Source: Podarcis erhardii (lineage: Eukaryota). From it: a stretch of 64,000 bases of DNA. The number at the start of each line of letters is the position of its first letter. Within the stretch, counting starts at the first letter, position 1. Shown piece after piece: positions 1 to 13,064 of the stretch. The translations under genes and the position numbers were made by a program. The notes beneath the pieces were generated by a model. The model was not told where the DNA came from, did not search any database, and saw only the letters and a list, made by a program, of their open reading frames with translations. The DNA is taken from the NCBI GenBank assembly GCA_964252035.1, contig OZ176206.1; one strand, 5' to 3'.

Positions 1-889
1 ATGTTGGAGTTTTCAGGACAGATGAAAGAGAGGACTTCTTCACACAGCGCATAGGTAAACTATGAAACTCCCTCCCATGGTGGGAGGCAGTGATGGCCAC
101 GAACTTGGATGGCTTTAAAAGAGGATTGGGCAAAATCATGCAAGACAAGGCTGTCACTGGCTGCTAGCCAGAATCAGCCTCCGTTATTCCTCAGTTACTG
201 CGCACAGGGCTGTTTCACTCATCTTCTACTTGTGGTTTCCCCGGGGGCCTCCGGATGGCCACAGTGAGAACAGGATGCTGGACTAGATGGGCCATTGGCC
301 TCATCCTGCCAGGCTCTTATTTGCCTGTTGTGGCGTGACTTGTTTTAGCCTGGCACCTACTTTGTCAAGCCCACAGTCATTTTTGCTGTGGCTGGTCTCT
401 TAAAAGTCTTCAGTGGTGTGTTAGATCTTAATGTCTTGCCGTAGGATAAGTAGGAAAAGTTTGAAGAGGAAACCTCAAGCCCTTACCCCTATTTGAAATA
501 AGGTTGCGCTAGAAGATTAGGATGCAAAGCCGTCCCCGATAGAGCTCATCTATCTTTTTCTCATAAATGTTATTGTAGACAAATAAGCTTTAGAGAAGAA
601 GGGGAACCTGCAGTCTTCCATATGTTTTTTGACTCGAACTTCCAATATCACCAGTGGTTGGGGAGGATGATGGAGTTTGGAGTGGTGATGGGAGTTTGGA
701 CAGGATAGGCATATTTCCACCCAGGGGTTTCCTGTTGTCAATCCCTCCCATGGTGTGCTGGAGAGATAGGACTGCCTTAGAATTTGGCTTCAGAACAGGG
801 TGACTTGTGGGGTAGGAGTATGTGGGGTTGCCCCCCCCCCTCTGGCTGATGGGCAGGTGAGTTTCTGACTGCCTTTTCTTGCCTTGTAG

Positions 890-978
890 ATTGCCATCCG
901 TGCCTGCTTCTTGGGCTTTGCATTCGGGTGTGGTTTATTGCTCAGCTTCGGACAATCTACGTGGAAGCATTTTGGATG
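890..978 (+). CDS. ICMT: ICMT exon 2 (isoprenylcysteine carboxyl methyltransferase)
   Basis: ttgtag|ATTGCC...GGATG|gtaaga; 89 nt; IAIRACFLGFAFGCGLLLSFGQSTWKHFG(W); matches recalled vertebrate ICMT exon 2. Exon 1 lies upstream of the window. Confidence 0.93.
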
Positions 979-1627
979 GTAAGACTTTTGGTTTGGCAGC
1001 ACTTTAGGTTTCTGAAAAGAAAACTGGGGGCTCTGGGGGACAGCACTCTTGTTCCTGGAGACTCCTGGGACCTGCACTCACCTCTGTTTGGCTGGTCTTG
1101 ATCCTCTTAGGGGCACTAGGAGAGCCTGCCATAGGAGACAAATACTACTTAATGCATTGTTTCTGAATCCATTTTTTGGAGCCCCTTTTCTCCCCTGCCT
1201 TCTGTACTCAGGAAATCCTAGCTGCTTGCCAGGGGACAAAAGCAGACACCTGGAGGGGAGTGTCTGAATAACTGATGGTTCTTAGTTTGAGGTGTTTAGT
1301 CTCCCCACTCCTAATTTTGGATGTGAGACCTAGGCATCTGCTCTGTAAAATATATATATAGATGTGTGCAAGTTCTTCTCACTGTTTTAGGACACCTGCA
1401 TTGAGTGACATGAATGATGCTATATTTGAGTCTGCATGCTTCCTGGAAAAGGAACCATCCAGAGAATGAGCCCACCCTTGTAATATTGTTTTTAAAACAT
1501 CATTGGAGATTAAGCAGCTGGTGTGTTGAGCAGCCCAGTTTACAGCTCTTCAGAAGAGCAAACCTAGAGTTAAAACCCAGGAAGCTGAAACATGAGGGTT
1601 TTGCTAAGTCCCTGGTTGCTCTTCCAG

Positions 1628-1797
1628 GTATATGTGTTCGCTTTCCTTCTTCCATTACTCTGAATACTTGGTGACAGCCGTTAACAACCCCAGAAGTCTC
1701 TCCTTGGATTCCTTCTTGATCAACCACAGCTTTGAATACAACCTAGCTGCAGTCTCATCCTGGGTTGAGTTCACCGTGGAAAAATTCATTTGCCCAG
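1628..1797 (+). CDS. ICMT: ICMT exon 3
   Basis: cttccag|GTAT...CCCAG|gtcagt; 170 nt; YMCSLSFFHYSEYLVTAVNNPRSLSLDSFLINHSFEYNLAAVSSWVEFTVEKFICP; phase-consistent with neighbours. Confidence 0.95.
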
Positions 1798-3080
1798 GTC
1801 AGTAACTATTGAGTTCTTATGCAAGTGAAACAGAAAAACTCAATCATTCTAATGGGAGACCCAGAAACATGGACTTGGAAGCAGGTCTGAAAACGAAGCT
1901 GTTTCTCTCCCCAACCTGAACTAATTGGGGTGATATTGACCCCTCACCTTTAAAATGATCTCCCCTTTGAAGGTGTGTTTCACCACAACACTGATACTTG
2001 TTTAAGCAACAGGTGAAGACACTCCTCTTTGCCCAAGCTTTTGGGGAGGGATGAAGTATATATTGGGTGCTTGAATCTCCATTGCTGCTGGTGGTTTGTA
2101 ACTGAAGTCTGTATTTTGCTACATGCTGTTTTTATCTTCTTTTTTAAACTGTTGGTGATTAGGCCATGCATTCTTTCTCTGGGACCTCTGGGTTAGAAAG
2201 GCAGGTCATAAATACTTTAAATAAATAAGAACTTGGTATGCTGAAACAAGGTGTAGGACTTGGCCTTTGAGTGTCAAGGGGATTTGCATGCATTATCTCA
2301 GAAAGCTTCTAAGTTAGGCCAGGGTTGCTATCCTACTATTGCAGGTACAGAGGCTGAGTAAGCAGCACTCCTTTTGTGATGGCCACCCACTCAGCTTATT
2401 ACCACCTTGAACCAGAGACTTCACAACTCGCATTTTTAGCTATAACAACAGCCCTTCGGTGATGGCTGAGAGTGCTTTATTCATTGCACCCTCCTGGCCC
2501 TCAGTTACTAATACACGCCTGAAATGCTGATAACAGGGTGGACTTTTTGCCCCTCAAGCTTATTTAGAGGTGGCATTGAAAGATGGTCACACACCACTTG
2601 TGTGTGGCTTTAGATCTCTCATTAGTTGGACCATTTTCTGACCCTTCTAAAACGGTGACTGTTTTGACTTCATGCTCTGACATTAAGGTCCTTTTTTGTT
2701 TTAAATGACACTGTGAAGGGGAGGAGATCACTGTTATCAAGGAGTGTTTATGGGAGTTTGGCTTTGATCTCTGCATTCTGCTTCTTGTGTACATCGAATT
2801 GTGAAGTTTGCAGATGGGTCTCCACAGAAGTTAACTAGCCAACAAACCTTTGTTGTAGCCCACCTGCTGGCACAGACTTCTGTCAGTCATTTTTGGTCCA
2901 AAAGAAAACCAAAACCCAGCTCCAGTTAGCTGTTTGCCCTGGTCCCTTGTGAAGAATGTACTTTTGTGAAGTTAATCCATTTGTTACAAGCACCGAGTGC
3001 CTTCTTTCCTCTTCTGACCGGTGCAGCTGCAACTCTACCAGAGTCGCACCATTTTGCAACCTGCGCTTGCTCATTTACAG

Positions 3081-3298
3081 AGATGAAGCAGATCACTTGG
3101 CTGAGTTCGGCAGGGCTGCTCATGGTGGTTTTCGGGGACTGTCTGAGGAAGGCTGCCATGCTCACAGCTGGCTCCAACTTCAACCACATTGTTCAGAATG
3201 AAAAATCAGAGACCCACACTCTTGTGACCAGAGGTGTTTATGGCTGGTTTCGTCACCCATCATACGTCGGATGGTTTTACTGGAGTATTGGGACCCAG
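3081..3298 (+). CDS. ICMT: ICMT exon 4
   Basis: ttacag|AGATG...ACCCAG|gtactg; 218 nt; contains the ICMT motif GVYGWFRHPSYVGWFYWSIGTQ. Confidence 0.97.
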
Positions 3299-3690
3299 GT
3301 ACTGTTGCACAGCTTAGTGCCTCTTGTAATATTTTGGCTCTTTCAGTGGGTGGAGGGGGTACCCTAGGCTACTTGAGATATTAAGAGGAATGTGTGATAG
3401 CGTTTAATTCATGAATTCAACCTTCCAGTTTTCAGAGTGGTTTAACAGTCAATCCCTTGTCGCAGGAAACTCTGGGAGTTGTAGTTCTGGGAGGGGAATA
3501 GGGGTCTCCTAACCACTCTTGGCACCTTTAACAAACTTCAGCTCCCAAAACCCTTTGGGGAAAGAAGCCAGGGTCATTTAAAGTGGTATCAGAGTGCTTT
3601 AAACATAGGGTGTGAATGTAACCTTCGAGTCTCTTGAGCTTTCCAGTTTTCATGCTCCTGGCAGCCATTCTCCTGCATTCCTTGTTTCAG

Positions 3691-3873
3691 GTATTGCTGT
3701 GCAATCCAATCTGCATGGTGGGCTACACACTGGCATCCTGGCGCTTCTTCCGGGAGCGGATAGAAGAGGAGGAGATGACACTGATCCATTTCTTTGGGGA
3801 AGAGTACCTGGCCTACAAGAGGAGGGTCCCTACAGGCTTGCCATTCATCAGAGGCGTGAAAGCAGAACTATGA
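3691..3873 (+). CDS. ICMT: ICMT exon 5 (last coding exon, stop TGA)
   Basis: tttcag|GTATTG; VLLCNPIC...RIEEEEMTLIHFFGEEYLAYKRRVPTGLPFIRGVKAEL*; 183 nt. Confidence 0.97.
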   Translation, partial: VLLCNPICMVGYTLASWRFFRERIEEEEMTLIHFFGEEYLAYKRRVPTGLPFIRGVKAEL

Positions 3874-5974
3874 AGACCCCAGGGCCGGCATTGAGCAGAA
3901 CGTGGGAGCTCCTGGCTCCAGGGGCCGCTTGGCCTGGTCTGTGCAGAAGAACAACGGTGACATTCGTCCCGTGCCGGTACAGTAGCGGTCAGTTTTAATA
4001 CCTAGTGAGTTTCCTGGAGGTTTGTGAAGGGCTGGGCGGAAGCTCCATACCTTAGGGAAAAATAGATGCCCTCCTTTGACATAAGCGGGAGAAGGGACTG
4101 CTTGGATGATCAGAGCTGCACCGAATCCTCAAGGCCGACTTTGAAAGCAAAACAATTTTCTTTGCTCTGCCTCTTGCAGCTTTGATGGACCAAAGTGCAC
4201 CAAAGCAGATTTCAATGACAAGCTCGCCCTTTGAGTAACCACTATTGCTCCCTGGAAGGGATTTGGATAGAAACTCACCTCTCTAGTCGAAAGTTTTTCT
4301 TTTCTTTTTTAAAGCAAAGGGGCCCAGCCCTTCCAGTTCTTCCCCCTCTCCACAAACGCCGCCCCACCAAAGGGAAAGCGCAGTGCAGCTTTAAACTCTG
4401 GGCCTGATCTCCTAAGCACTCCCAAGGCTGGGCTGGCAGGGGGTAGGGTCTGTTTGCAGCATCCAGGCCCTCTGGTTCTATCTTAAAATGCATGACTACT
4501 GTCAAGATTAACAACACAGGCAAAGAGATCTCCCTTCTCTTTGCCCTTTTCCAAACCAGGCTTGCAATACACCTCACAAACGAACGAAAAAAAGAGAAGT
4601 CTTTGCATCTAAACGTTATGGTCTCCTGTTTCTTTCACGGCCATTTTGACGTCCCTCCTGGTTGAGCGGTCCTGTCTCACTCCTACTGCTCAGCCTCACA
4701 ACCTTTGTCTTCATTCCACATTTTTGATACTGACCACCTCTCCTCCCACCAGAATCCTGCTTGTGTAGCAAAAGTTCAAATTCTGTTTCTACAAAGTGCA
4801 AGGGGATGGTTGCTTTTGAATTTGCATACTGAACAAGTATTACTCTGGCAATATATATTAAGCAGGATGCACATGACTGACTGGGAGAGACTTCCCTCGT
4901 GCCCTGCCCCTCTCCCAGGCTGCCTTTTTAAAAAGTTTCTCACTGCACACTTTTCCATTTTAATATACCAAAGAGAAGTTTAATGTGTTTCTGTTTCTAC
5001 TGATCTATTTATAATGAAGATGGGAAATAAGACGCTTGCAAACTGATGCCAAGACTGGCAGAAATGGCATTTCTGTCGTTTTGGGGGGCCAGTTGCCATC
5101 CAATTATCATTCTCTCTGTACCCAGCAAGGATGATTCTTTAAGCTGTTATCTGTCTCCACTTTCTTTGATTTGTAAATGCAAAACGGCCAAAATCTCAAG
5201 CAAGCAGCTTTAATTTCTCTTTCACCCTGTGACATCCTTGTTTACAGAGGGGTAAGCAGGCTTTTGTGCTTCTTTACTTGGGGCACTTTTTTTTGGGGGG
5301 GGGAGGAAGAAAATGAGGCAGGTGCACTTAAGAGAGAGAGAAAAAAATATATATACTGCAAAAATAAGTCCAAAGCAATTCTATGCTTAGGAAAAGCTGG
5401 ATTCTACACCTCTGTATAAATTAAGACAGTCTACATAGTGTCCCCCATTTCCTATTGTACCTGTAGAGTCTGCTTTTAGCATTGGTAATTTCTGGTCAAT
5501 AATTCCCCTGCTGTCCAGAGTAAGGTAGAAGCTCAGACCTTGCCCTTCTAGACTGCATTGCCCAAGAGCTTCTGTTGACCTTAATTCTTTAATCTGGGAG
5601 CATGGCTGAGTTAATTTTAGGCGTGTGATGGAGAGACACAACTCATGACTTGTATCTTCAGGGTGATTTGTTTCCTCGGTGGCTCATTAAGAATCAAGCA
5701 GAATCTGAAAAATTCTGTTCTGTTGCTTGTGAACTATCAGGTGGCGATTGAGAGCCCCTTGGTTGGCTTTGTGCAAATGTCATAGTACAGCTTGGCTGGG
5801 GAACCTGTTGCACAGTTGACCTACTGCAACATAAAACTGAAGCTTCTTCCTTATGTTGAGTAAGTCCATTGACCCATGTTGCCCAATATTTGCTTGCTCT
5901 GATGGGGAAGAAGATTCATATATGGTTCATATACGCCATGAGATGGGGTATCGGTTGCAGAAATCAGTTTCCCC

Positions 5975-6003
5975 AATAAAATTAGTTTTAATAAATAAAT
6001 AAA
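5975..6003 (+). terminator. ICMT: Probable ICMT polyadenylation signal cluster (about 2.1-kb 3'UTR)
   Basis: Four AATAAA hexamers (5975, 5990, 5994, 5998) followed by U/GU-rich sequence; assignment to ICMT is inference. Confidence 0.55.
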
Positions 6004-8561
6004 AGTTTCTAGTCCTTGTGGCTGCAAAATGAGCTTGCATGGTGGAGGAAGGGTATGTCTGGTTGAATTTCAAAATCTAGAAAGTTGCTAAGGTTTTCAA
6101 GGGTCAGATTCTGATCTGTCTTACAAAGAGTGGATCCACTGAGATGAATGGGCATGTTTAAGGTCCATTCATTTCAATGGGTCTGCACTTAGTTGGATGA
6201 GATTTGAATTCCCTGCATAGCACGTGTGTAGTTTGCAAACCCTGCTTTGTACGGAAGGGGATGCAGCTGAGGGTAGCTCTGTGCTTTGCATTCAGGAGGC
6301 CCCATATTCAGTCCCCAGTTGGGGACTGTCCCTTGCCTGAAACCTTGGATTGCCGCTTCCAGTCAGTGTAGACGGTACTGAGGTAGATGGATCCAGAGAT
6401 CTGAAGCAGTATCAGGTCTCACCCTATGTTCCTACTTCAGACCTGTAGGCCCTCCTCGGTCAAAATACATGTCCATATCTGTAATATGCAGGCAATATCT
6501 GTAATATGCAGAAGCAAATTTTTTTAAAAGTATGCACATTTAATCAAATCAGTGTAATTTGTATGGATTGTGGAATACAGCTTTTATTAGAACGAATTTT
6601 GGATGTATAATCCTAGCATCATTTTTATAGAAATCATGGTATACACACAGGTCTGCCTCCCCTCCCCCTCCCCCCGGCTGCCCTAGTAACTAGCCAGTTT
6701 GTGTTGCCAGGAGAATATCCTGAGATTCCCTCTGAAAATTAATCATGCTGTTTTTTGCTTTGTTACCTCGGAAGCTGAGAGGCAGTTGTTTACTTTCCAG
6801 TCCCTTTGGAGCAGTCGGCTGGCAACCAGCCAAACAGAGGATCAGTTCTGTTCTCTTGTATTTTTAAAAGAATAATAATAAAATATTTTTAAGTCTCTAT
6901 TCTTTTCCAGATGTTGACAGCCCCCTTTCTTAGATCATATTTATTTATTGCATTGACAACCCCACCATTCCTCCAATAAGCTCAAGGTGGTGTATGTAGC
7001 CCATAATATAAGCCTCACAACAACCCTGTGAGGTAGGGTAGGTGAGAGCTGATGACTGGCCCAAAATCGCCAACTGGGGATTTGCACTCTAGTCTCCCCC
7101 TCATAATGCATGAATGGGAATAACCCCATAATTCCTGGTGGACAAGGAAGGGGCCCTCTTATTTTAAAACCATTTCGGCAGGTGTTAGGAACCTGCAACC
7201 CTCCAGATGTTGGACTCCCAATTCCCATCAGCCCTAGCCATCATGCCAGTAGGCACTGCATCAGGGCCATCTGTCTTCAAACAGAAAACAGGTATTTTTT
7301 TTTCCACACGCACCCGAATTCTAATAGCACAAATACACATCCTTAATTATCATACTGAGCATATGGGATCCATTTTGTGAAGGTTGCTTAATAAAATCCA
7401 TAAGCGTTAAAGGCAAGGAAAACGTTTGCATCTAAGTGAGTGTTTCCTGGCCTTGCAATATAAGAGGAATGTCCTCCACCCCCGAATTAAACTTCGACAC
7501 ACATCGGGGATGACTATGTGAGTGGGGAGTCCAGCAGCATTTGGAGGTCCCTGTTTCAGAGAGCGAGTTACCTCCTTGGAAGGAGGCCAGCCTACATCAG
7601 TGACTGCTGCAGAGGTGCAACAGGTGAGCTCCTCTGAAGGTAATTCTGCTCTCTGGAGGGTTTGGATCATCTAACCACATTGTCCCAGAACAGCTGGGGG
7701 CTCTCTAGAGGTTTCTGAACTACAACTCCATGCACCCTGGCCAAGGGCTGTGTTTCCTTGGGCTGATGGGATCTGTAGTTCAGCAACAGCAGGCGGGTCC
7801 CCACATCTGCTCAGGAGACATGGCAAGATTGCTAGACCCCAGGAGAGGCTCACGGGAAATAAGTAAGGCTAAAACAGGGGATCATGCAGAGAGAGACAGT
7901 GGGCAGGCCTCTTCTGCACACAGGTACTTTAAGCCATACAGAAGAATTGCTGAATGAATGTTTTTCTCAGGATCCAAGGATGCCCCAACCTCTAGTGTGC
8001 TAGTGGATATGGCTGTATCTAGAGAACTGGCTTTTAAGGGTGTAGCTGAATAATAGGAGATGCTGGTTTTGCATAGCAACATTTTATGCCTCTCAGTTGC
8101 ATGGTAAAATAAGAAAAACCTGCAGTTCCAGGCAGGTGCAGAAAATCCGCACACTTGGTAGTCATAGGAGGATTTTGCTTTTCTCAGAGAAGCCCAGACT
8201 CACTCACTCAGTTTGGAGCTGTTTGAGAAGCCAGTGCCTGTCTAGACACTGATGTGGGAGGCACGGCTGAAAGAACACCAGCAATACTTGTCAGAAGCTG
8301 GAGGAATTAAGATTTCCACTGCTGCACCCTCCATTGTTTCTTAACAAGCCTGCACCTTCCTGGGCTCCGGAAGTGCCAGCAACAAAGAAGCCCTGCAGAG
8401 TAACGGAAAATAAATCCTTCTGTTTTGCATGTTTTAGGGATTGCAGAATCAGGATTATCTTAGTGCAGAATATATATGGTTTTCTGAGCACACACCACAC
8501 TGAAAAGAGTCTGCTATGCCATACATGAACATTTTTGTTCAGAAAGACTGCGAGTGCAGGT

Positions 8562-8778
8562 TCAGCACAGGAGAAGCTCTGTTTCCTGATCTGCCTCCTT
8601 GGCTGACTTGCGAGGTCCTGGTGGCTGCGGGGGACTCTCAGGTCGGCCTTTCTGCTTGCTCCTGTAATATTCTTTCGATTTCAGCAAGGGGTCCTCTGCG
8701 GCTGGGCTGAGAATCTGGCTTTCTGCTTTGGGCTCTGAGGCTCCTTCTCGTTCCTCAAGGCCACTGCACAAATCAGGC
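8562..8778 (-). CDS. RNF207: RNF207 last coding exon (17th coding exon, stop TGA)
   Basis: PDLCSGLEEREGASEPKAE...EDPLLKSKEYYRSKQK...LLLC*; resembles recalled human EKREKTSEPK...EEPLLKNMDHHRSKQK. Acceptor either ctgag|G (8778) or the in-frame gtgcag|T (8763). Confidence 0.85.
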
Positions 8779-9101
8779 CTCAGATAGAAGAGAAAAATAA
8801 CAGTGGGTGGAAGGAATGGTCTAGGAAATCATAACAAGCCCTAGCTTTTCTATCACTAAATAAATACCAAGCTTTTTTTAATTAAGTAAACTGCTGGAGG
8901 ATAGCCCTATCTTAGGCTAGTAGCTCTGACAGCTTAATGGAACCTCTCTGTTCTTGCGCAGTCTACCAGTTTCTGGGGAACCAGCTTGTAGAATTTGCAG
9001 AAGCATCTGGATGGATGTTACTGGGCATAGGATTCTGGACAAGGCAGCCTTTAGTATAGCAAGGCTATAAGAACTTTAGAAGAGTTTGCTAGAGTCTAGA
9101 C

Positions 9102-9237
9102 CAGGCTTCCTCAAACTTGGCCCTCCAGATGTTTTGAGACTACAATTCCCATCATCCCTGACCACTGGTCCTGCTAGCTAGGGGTCATGGGAGTTGTAGG
9201 CCAAAAACATATGGAGGGCCGAGTTTGAGGAATTCTG
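9102..9237. mobile_element. Palindromic hAT/Charlie-type MITE
   Basis: Long imperfect terminal inverted arms; 8-bp TSD gtctagac/gcctagac (7/8). Confidence 0.75.
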
Positions 9238-9702
9238 GCCTAGACCAATGGCCCACCTAGTCCAGCATCCTGTTCTCACAGTCGCCAACCAGGTGCCCCA
9301 GTGGGAATCCTGCAAGCGGGATCTGAATCTAAGAGCCCTCTCCCCTCCTGTGGCTTCTAGCAACTGGTATTCAGAAGCATTGCTGCCTCCAGCTGTGGAG
9401 GCAGAGCATGACCATCATGACTAGTAGCCCTTGATAGCCCTCTCTTCCATGAATTTGTCTCTTTAACACTGAAGCATGAAACTGCTAGTGCTTCCCTTTG
9501 AAACCAGCCTCTTAGATCAAGCATTTTCCCTCCCAAGCGAACACTGATGGCTGATGACCAGGTCACTTAGTTAATCTGTATCCCCTGAGGAGTGGCCACT
9601 TGGAAAACAACAGATTGAATATTTACCTTTTTGCTCCTCCGGTATTGTGGCATCAACATAGAACCAAAATGCTTTGCTACCTGAAATGGATCAGATAGAT
9701 AC

Positions 9703-9795
9703 CTGTGCTGGACGTCAGCAGCCTCAGGGCTCTCATCGTATATTTTCTGCAAGCTCTCTGGCTGGCCATTCCTCTCCTCCTTTGTGTCCTGTAAC
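9703..9795 (-). CDS. RNF207: RNF207 coding exon 16
   Basis: cttcag|GTTACAG...GCACAG|gtatct; 93 nt, phase 2/2; LQDTKEERNGQPESLQKIYDESPEAADVQH. Confidence 0.85.
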
Positions 9796-10351
9796 CTGAA
9801 GGGATATTTGGGTTGAGTTGGGGGATTTGGCATGGGGGAAGCTGACTCGAGATGTACCACAAATACCGACTGATTAAAGCCATACACCTTGACAGGGTTG
9901 GAGCAAAAGAGATTTCTGGAGGACAGAGGGTCCCTCCTCCCTCACAAAGTCACAAGGCTTGATCATCCCTCTGCCAGACTACATATTCCTTCAGCTATGG
10001 GTGTTTTATGAAGCACAATGGGGATTTACAATTCAGGGGCCAAGTCATCTATTCCAACCACCCGCAATGCAGGTGTCGCAGCTCAAGAACCCCTGGCAGA
10101 TGGCCATCCAACCTCTGCTTTTAAAACTTCCAATGAAGGAGATTCCACCACCTTCCAAGGTTGTCCCTGTCACTGCTGAATGGCTTCCTAATGTTTACTC
10201 AAATTAATGTTTAATTCCTTGTCACTTGAATCTATCGGTTTCAATCCTCCCCTCTGGAGATAAGGCAGTGGAGGTTTTTGAAGGCAAACTTGTGAAGGAT
10301 CTGGGAGCAGAGCAGGAAAGCAGCAGTGGACCGGGCTCTCGGCTTCCTCAC

Positions 10352-10469
10352 CTGGGCTCCAGCCGCTCCTTTACTTTGGCGATGGAGTGGACATAAGGGG
10401 CGATCTGCTTGGTGATGGTTGTCAGGTAGCTGTTCTCCTGCTTCAGCTGCAACAGATCATGGAGCTGTG
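10352..10469 (-). CDS. RNF207: RNF207 coding exon 15
   Basis: gtgcag|CACAGC...CCCAG|gtgagg; 118 nt; AQLHDLLQLKQENSYLTTITKQIAPYVHSIAKVKERLEPR. Confidence 0.96.
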
Positions 10470-10544
10470 CTGCACGAGAAGGAAGTCTGGCGTTAAGTCA
10501 GTCAAGTCCAAAGGATTGGCCCTTTCATACAATAAGCATAGGTA

Positions 10545-11540
10545 CACAGAATCATAGAATTGTAAAGTTGGAAGGGACTCCCAAAGGGTCATGTAGCCCA
10601 ACCCCTTTTGCAGTGCAGGAATCACAGCTAAAGAATCTCTGGCAGATGGCCACCCAACCTCTGCTCAAAAGCCTAGAGTCCACCACCTTCTGGGAGAGTC
10701 TGTTACACTGTCAAATGGCTCTTACTGTCAGAAAGTCCTTCCTGATGTTTATTTGGCAACTCCTTTGTTGTCACTAGAATCCATTGGTTTGGGTCCTGTC
10801 CTCTGGGGCAGCAGAAAACAAGCTGGCTCCATCTTCCATCTGACAACCCTTCAGCTATTTGAAGATGGCTATCATATATCCTCTCGCTCTCCCGGCTAAA
10901 CATACCCAACTTTGTCAGCTGCTCCTCACAAGGTTTGGTCTTGGTTGCCCTCCTTTGCTCACCTTCCAGTTTGTAAATATGCTTCTTAAACTGTGAGGCC
11001 CAGAACTGGATGCAGGACTCCTGGTGTGGTCTGACCAAGGCAGAATAGAGCACTACTATTACTTCCCTTTATCTAGATGTGGGTGGTGCTGTGGGTTAAA
11101 CCAAAGAGCCTAGGACTTGCCGATCAGAAGGTCAGCAGTTCGAATCCCTGTGACGGGGTGAGCTCCCGTTGCTCGGTCCCTGCTCCTGTCAACCTAGCAG
11201 TTCAAAAGCACAAAGTGCAAGTAGATAAATAGGTACCAATCCATCGGGAAGGTAAACGGCATTTCCGTGCGCTGCTCTGGTTCGCCAGAAGCAGCTTCGT
11301 CATGCTGGCCACATGACCCGGAAGCTGTACGCTGGCTCCCTTGGCCAATAAAGCGAGATGAGCGCCGCAACCCCAGAGTCGGTCATGACTGGACCTAATG
11401 GTCAGGGGTCCCTTTACCTTATACTTCTGTCAATGCGGCCTAGACTTGCATTAGTTTGTTTTTTTTTTGCCGCTGCATCACACTGTTGACTCAAGTTAAG
11501 CTTGTGGTTCTCCATACACAAATTCAAAACCTTATGCGAC
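10545..11540 (-). mobile_element. CR1 LINE 3' fragment interrupted by a Sauria SINE
   Basis: Degenerate RT C-terminus LYSALVRPH..CIQFWASQFKK..KLEGEQRRATK on the minus strand; ends in an attctatga-type tail at about 10550. Confidence 0.8.
11075..11421 (+). mobile_element. Sauria-type SINE (near full length)
   Basis: tRNA-like head with B-box-like ttcgaatcc, body ...ataaataggtacc...ggaaggtaaacggc..., tail gtcaggggtccctttacct; same family as seven other copies in the window. Confidence 0.9.
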
Positions 11541-11851
11541 ATGGCTACGTTTCTAAATAAGAGGCATGGAGTCAAATCTTTTCTGAAAAGTGTACTTGGC
11601 CTTCTTACATGGAAGTTCTTTTCCCGTACATAGATGTACAGAGTAATAATCAATGGTTTGAATTTCAGAGTGGAAGAAACAATGGCACTCTGCACATGCG
11701 CAATGGCACACCTTCCTACATAAGAGCTATACAAGTCCTTATTATACCTACAGCATGGTATAATACTGCAGCCCTACCAGGTCAAAAAGGTTACCAGCTA
11801 CCACTGGTCGGTGGGGTTCGATGGCTTCAGAGAAATTCATATTGTGCTCAC

Positions 11852-11903
11852 CTTCATAAATCTCTTGCTCATTTGCCACTCGCTGATAGGTTTCTTCCCA
11901 GGT
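11852..11903 (-). CDS. RNF207: RNF207 coding exon 14
   Basis: ttgcag|ACCTGG...TGAAG|gtgagc; 52 nt; TWEETYQRVANEQEIYE. Confidence 0.96.
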
Positions 11904-12025
11904 CTGCAAAACACAAAGTCGGAGTTATCAGCACATGCTCCTCAAGCGGAGGGATTTTGTGCATATGTGTGTACTGTGATTGCATAGTTGCTGCAGGACT
12001 CTGCAGCCTGAGAAAGTCAGCGTAC

Positions 12026-12211
12026 CTCTTCAAACACACTCCGCATCATCTCCACAGAGGAATACTCCGAAGCAATCTGCACGTCCATCTGCAGCGACTT
12101 CTGCAGGATCTCGCTCATGATCTCCGTCTTGATGAGGGAATGGTGCTTGGTGAGGTCGCGGTGGAGTTCCTGCACCTGATCCTTCAAGTTCTGAATCTCT
12201 ATTTGAAGGGC
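12026..12211 (-). CDS. RNF207: RNF207 coding exon 13 (coiled coil)
   Basis: ctgcag|GCCCTT...GAAGAG|gtacgc; 186 nt; ALQIEIQNLKDQVQELHRDLTKHHSLIKTEIM...VFEE. Confidence 0.96.
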
Positions 12212-12549
12212 CTGCAGCAACACGGGGGGAAAGGAAGCAAGTTCGAAAGACTCCAGTTGACGAGGCGGAAGGATCAGCAAGAGAATGCTGAAAACTTCCT
12301 TTTTGCCAAACCGGGGAAGGGTGCGGGGATTTATGACTTACTATTTTTTTGTTTGTAAAAAATATTTCTATACCACTATATCAGAAAAACAGATAAGAGA
12401 TGTTTGCAACAATACTAAACCTGAAAGCAAACATTAAAAGCTAAAAACAAGCATCAGCAACTGATGTTTGTTTTTTGGCTTTTTATGCTTTTAATGTTCG
12501 CTTTCATTAATACCAGTGAAGATCCGTATACAAATTTAATTAATAATAA

Positions 12550-13040
12550 TTGCGGAAGAATGCATTCTTAAGTGCCTGTATAGGCTTGGCGGAACAGAAA
12601 AGTTTTCAACAGGCATTTAAAAGTTGGCACAGAAGGTTGGCATCTGAATCTAGTGACAGAATGTTCCACAGGTCAGGGCTGATGGCTCTAAAGGCTCAGT
12701 TCCTTGTTGTGGTCAAAGGAGCCTCGCCAACTCGAGGAACAACCAACAGTACTCTTGCAGATGATCTCAGTGATCAAGCTGGGGATATAAGGGTTCAGGT
12801 ATTCCCTGAAGCACCCTGGACCTAAGTTGTTTAGGGCTTTGTTAATGAACACAAGGACCTTGAACCTGGCTCAGTAGTAGATGGGCAGGCATAGCTGGTG
12901 CCCCATGTTCTCAGCCAGAAGCTCCCATCAGCAGCCAAAGCTTCCAAATCAGACCCAAAGGCAGCCCCATATAGAGCACATTGCAGTAATCCAGCCTCGA
13001 GGTCACCAAAGCATGGACTATAGTGGTCAGGCTATAATGC
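12550..13040 (-). mobile_element. L2 LINE 3' fragment
   Basis: Minus-strand remnant [23 protein letters not shown], typical of the L2 RT C-terminus. Confidence 0.75.
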
Positions 13041-13062
13041 TCCTGTCTTGTTTTGCATTCAT

Positions 13063-13064
<2 letters not shown>

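Noticed and set aside
6900-8560. RNF207 polyadenylation site
   Set aside because: No clear minus-strand AATAAA near the stop; the nearest one (about 6943) is inside a SINE tail, so no call is made.
11609-12358. 249-aa plus-strand ORF
   Set aside because: Antisense shadow of two RNF207 exons; no recognisable domain.
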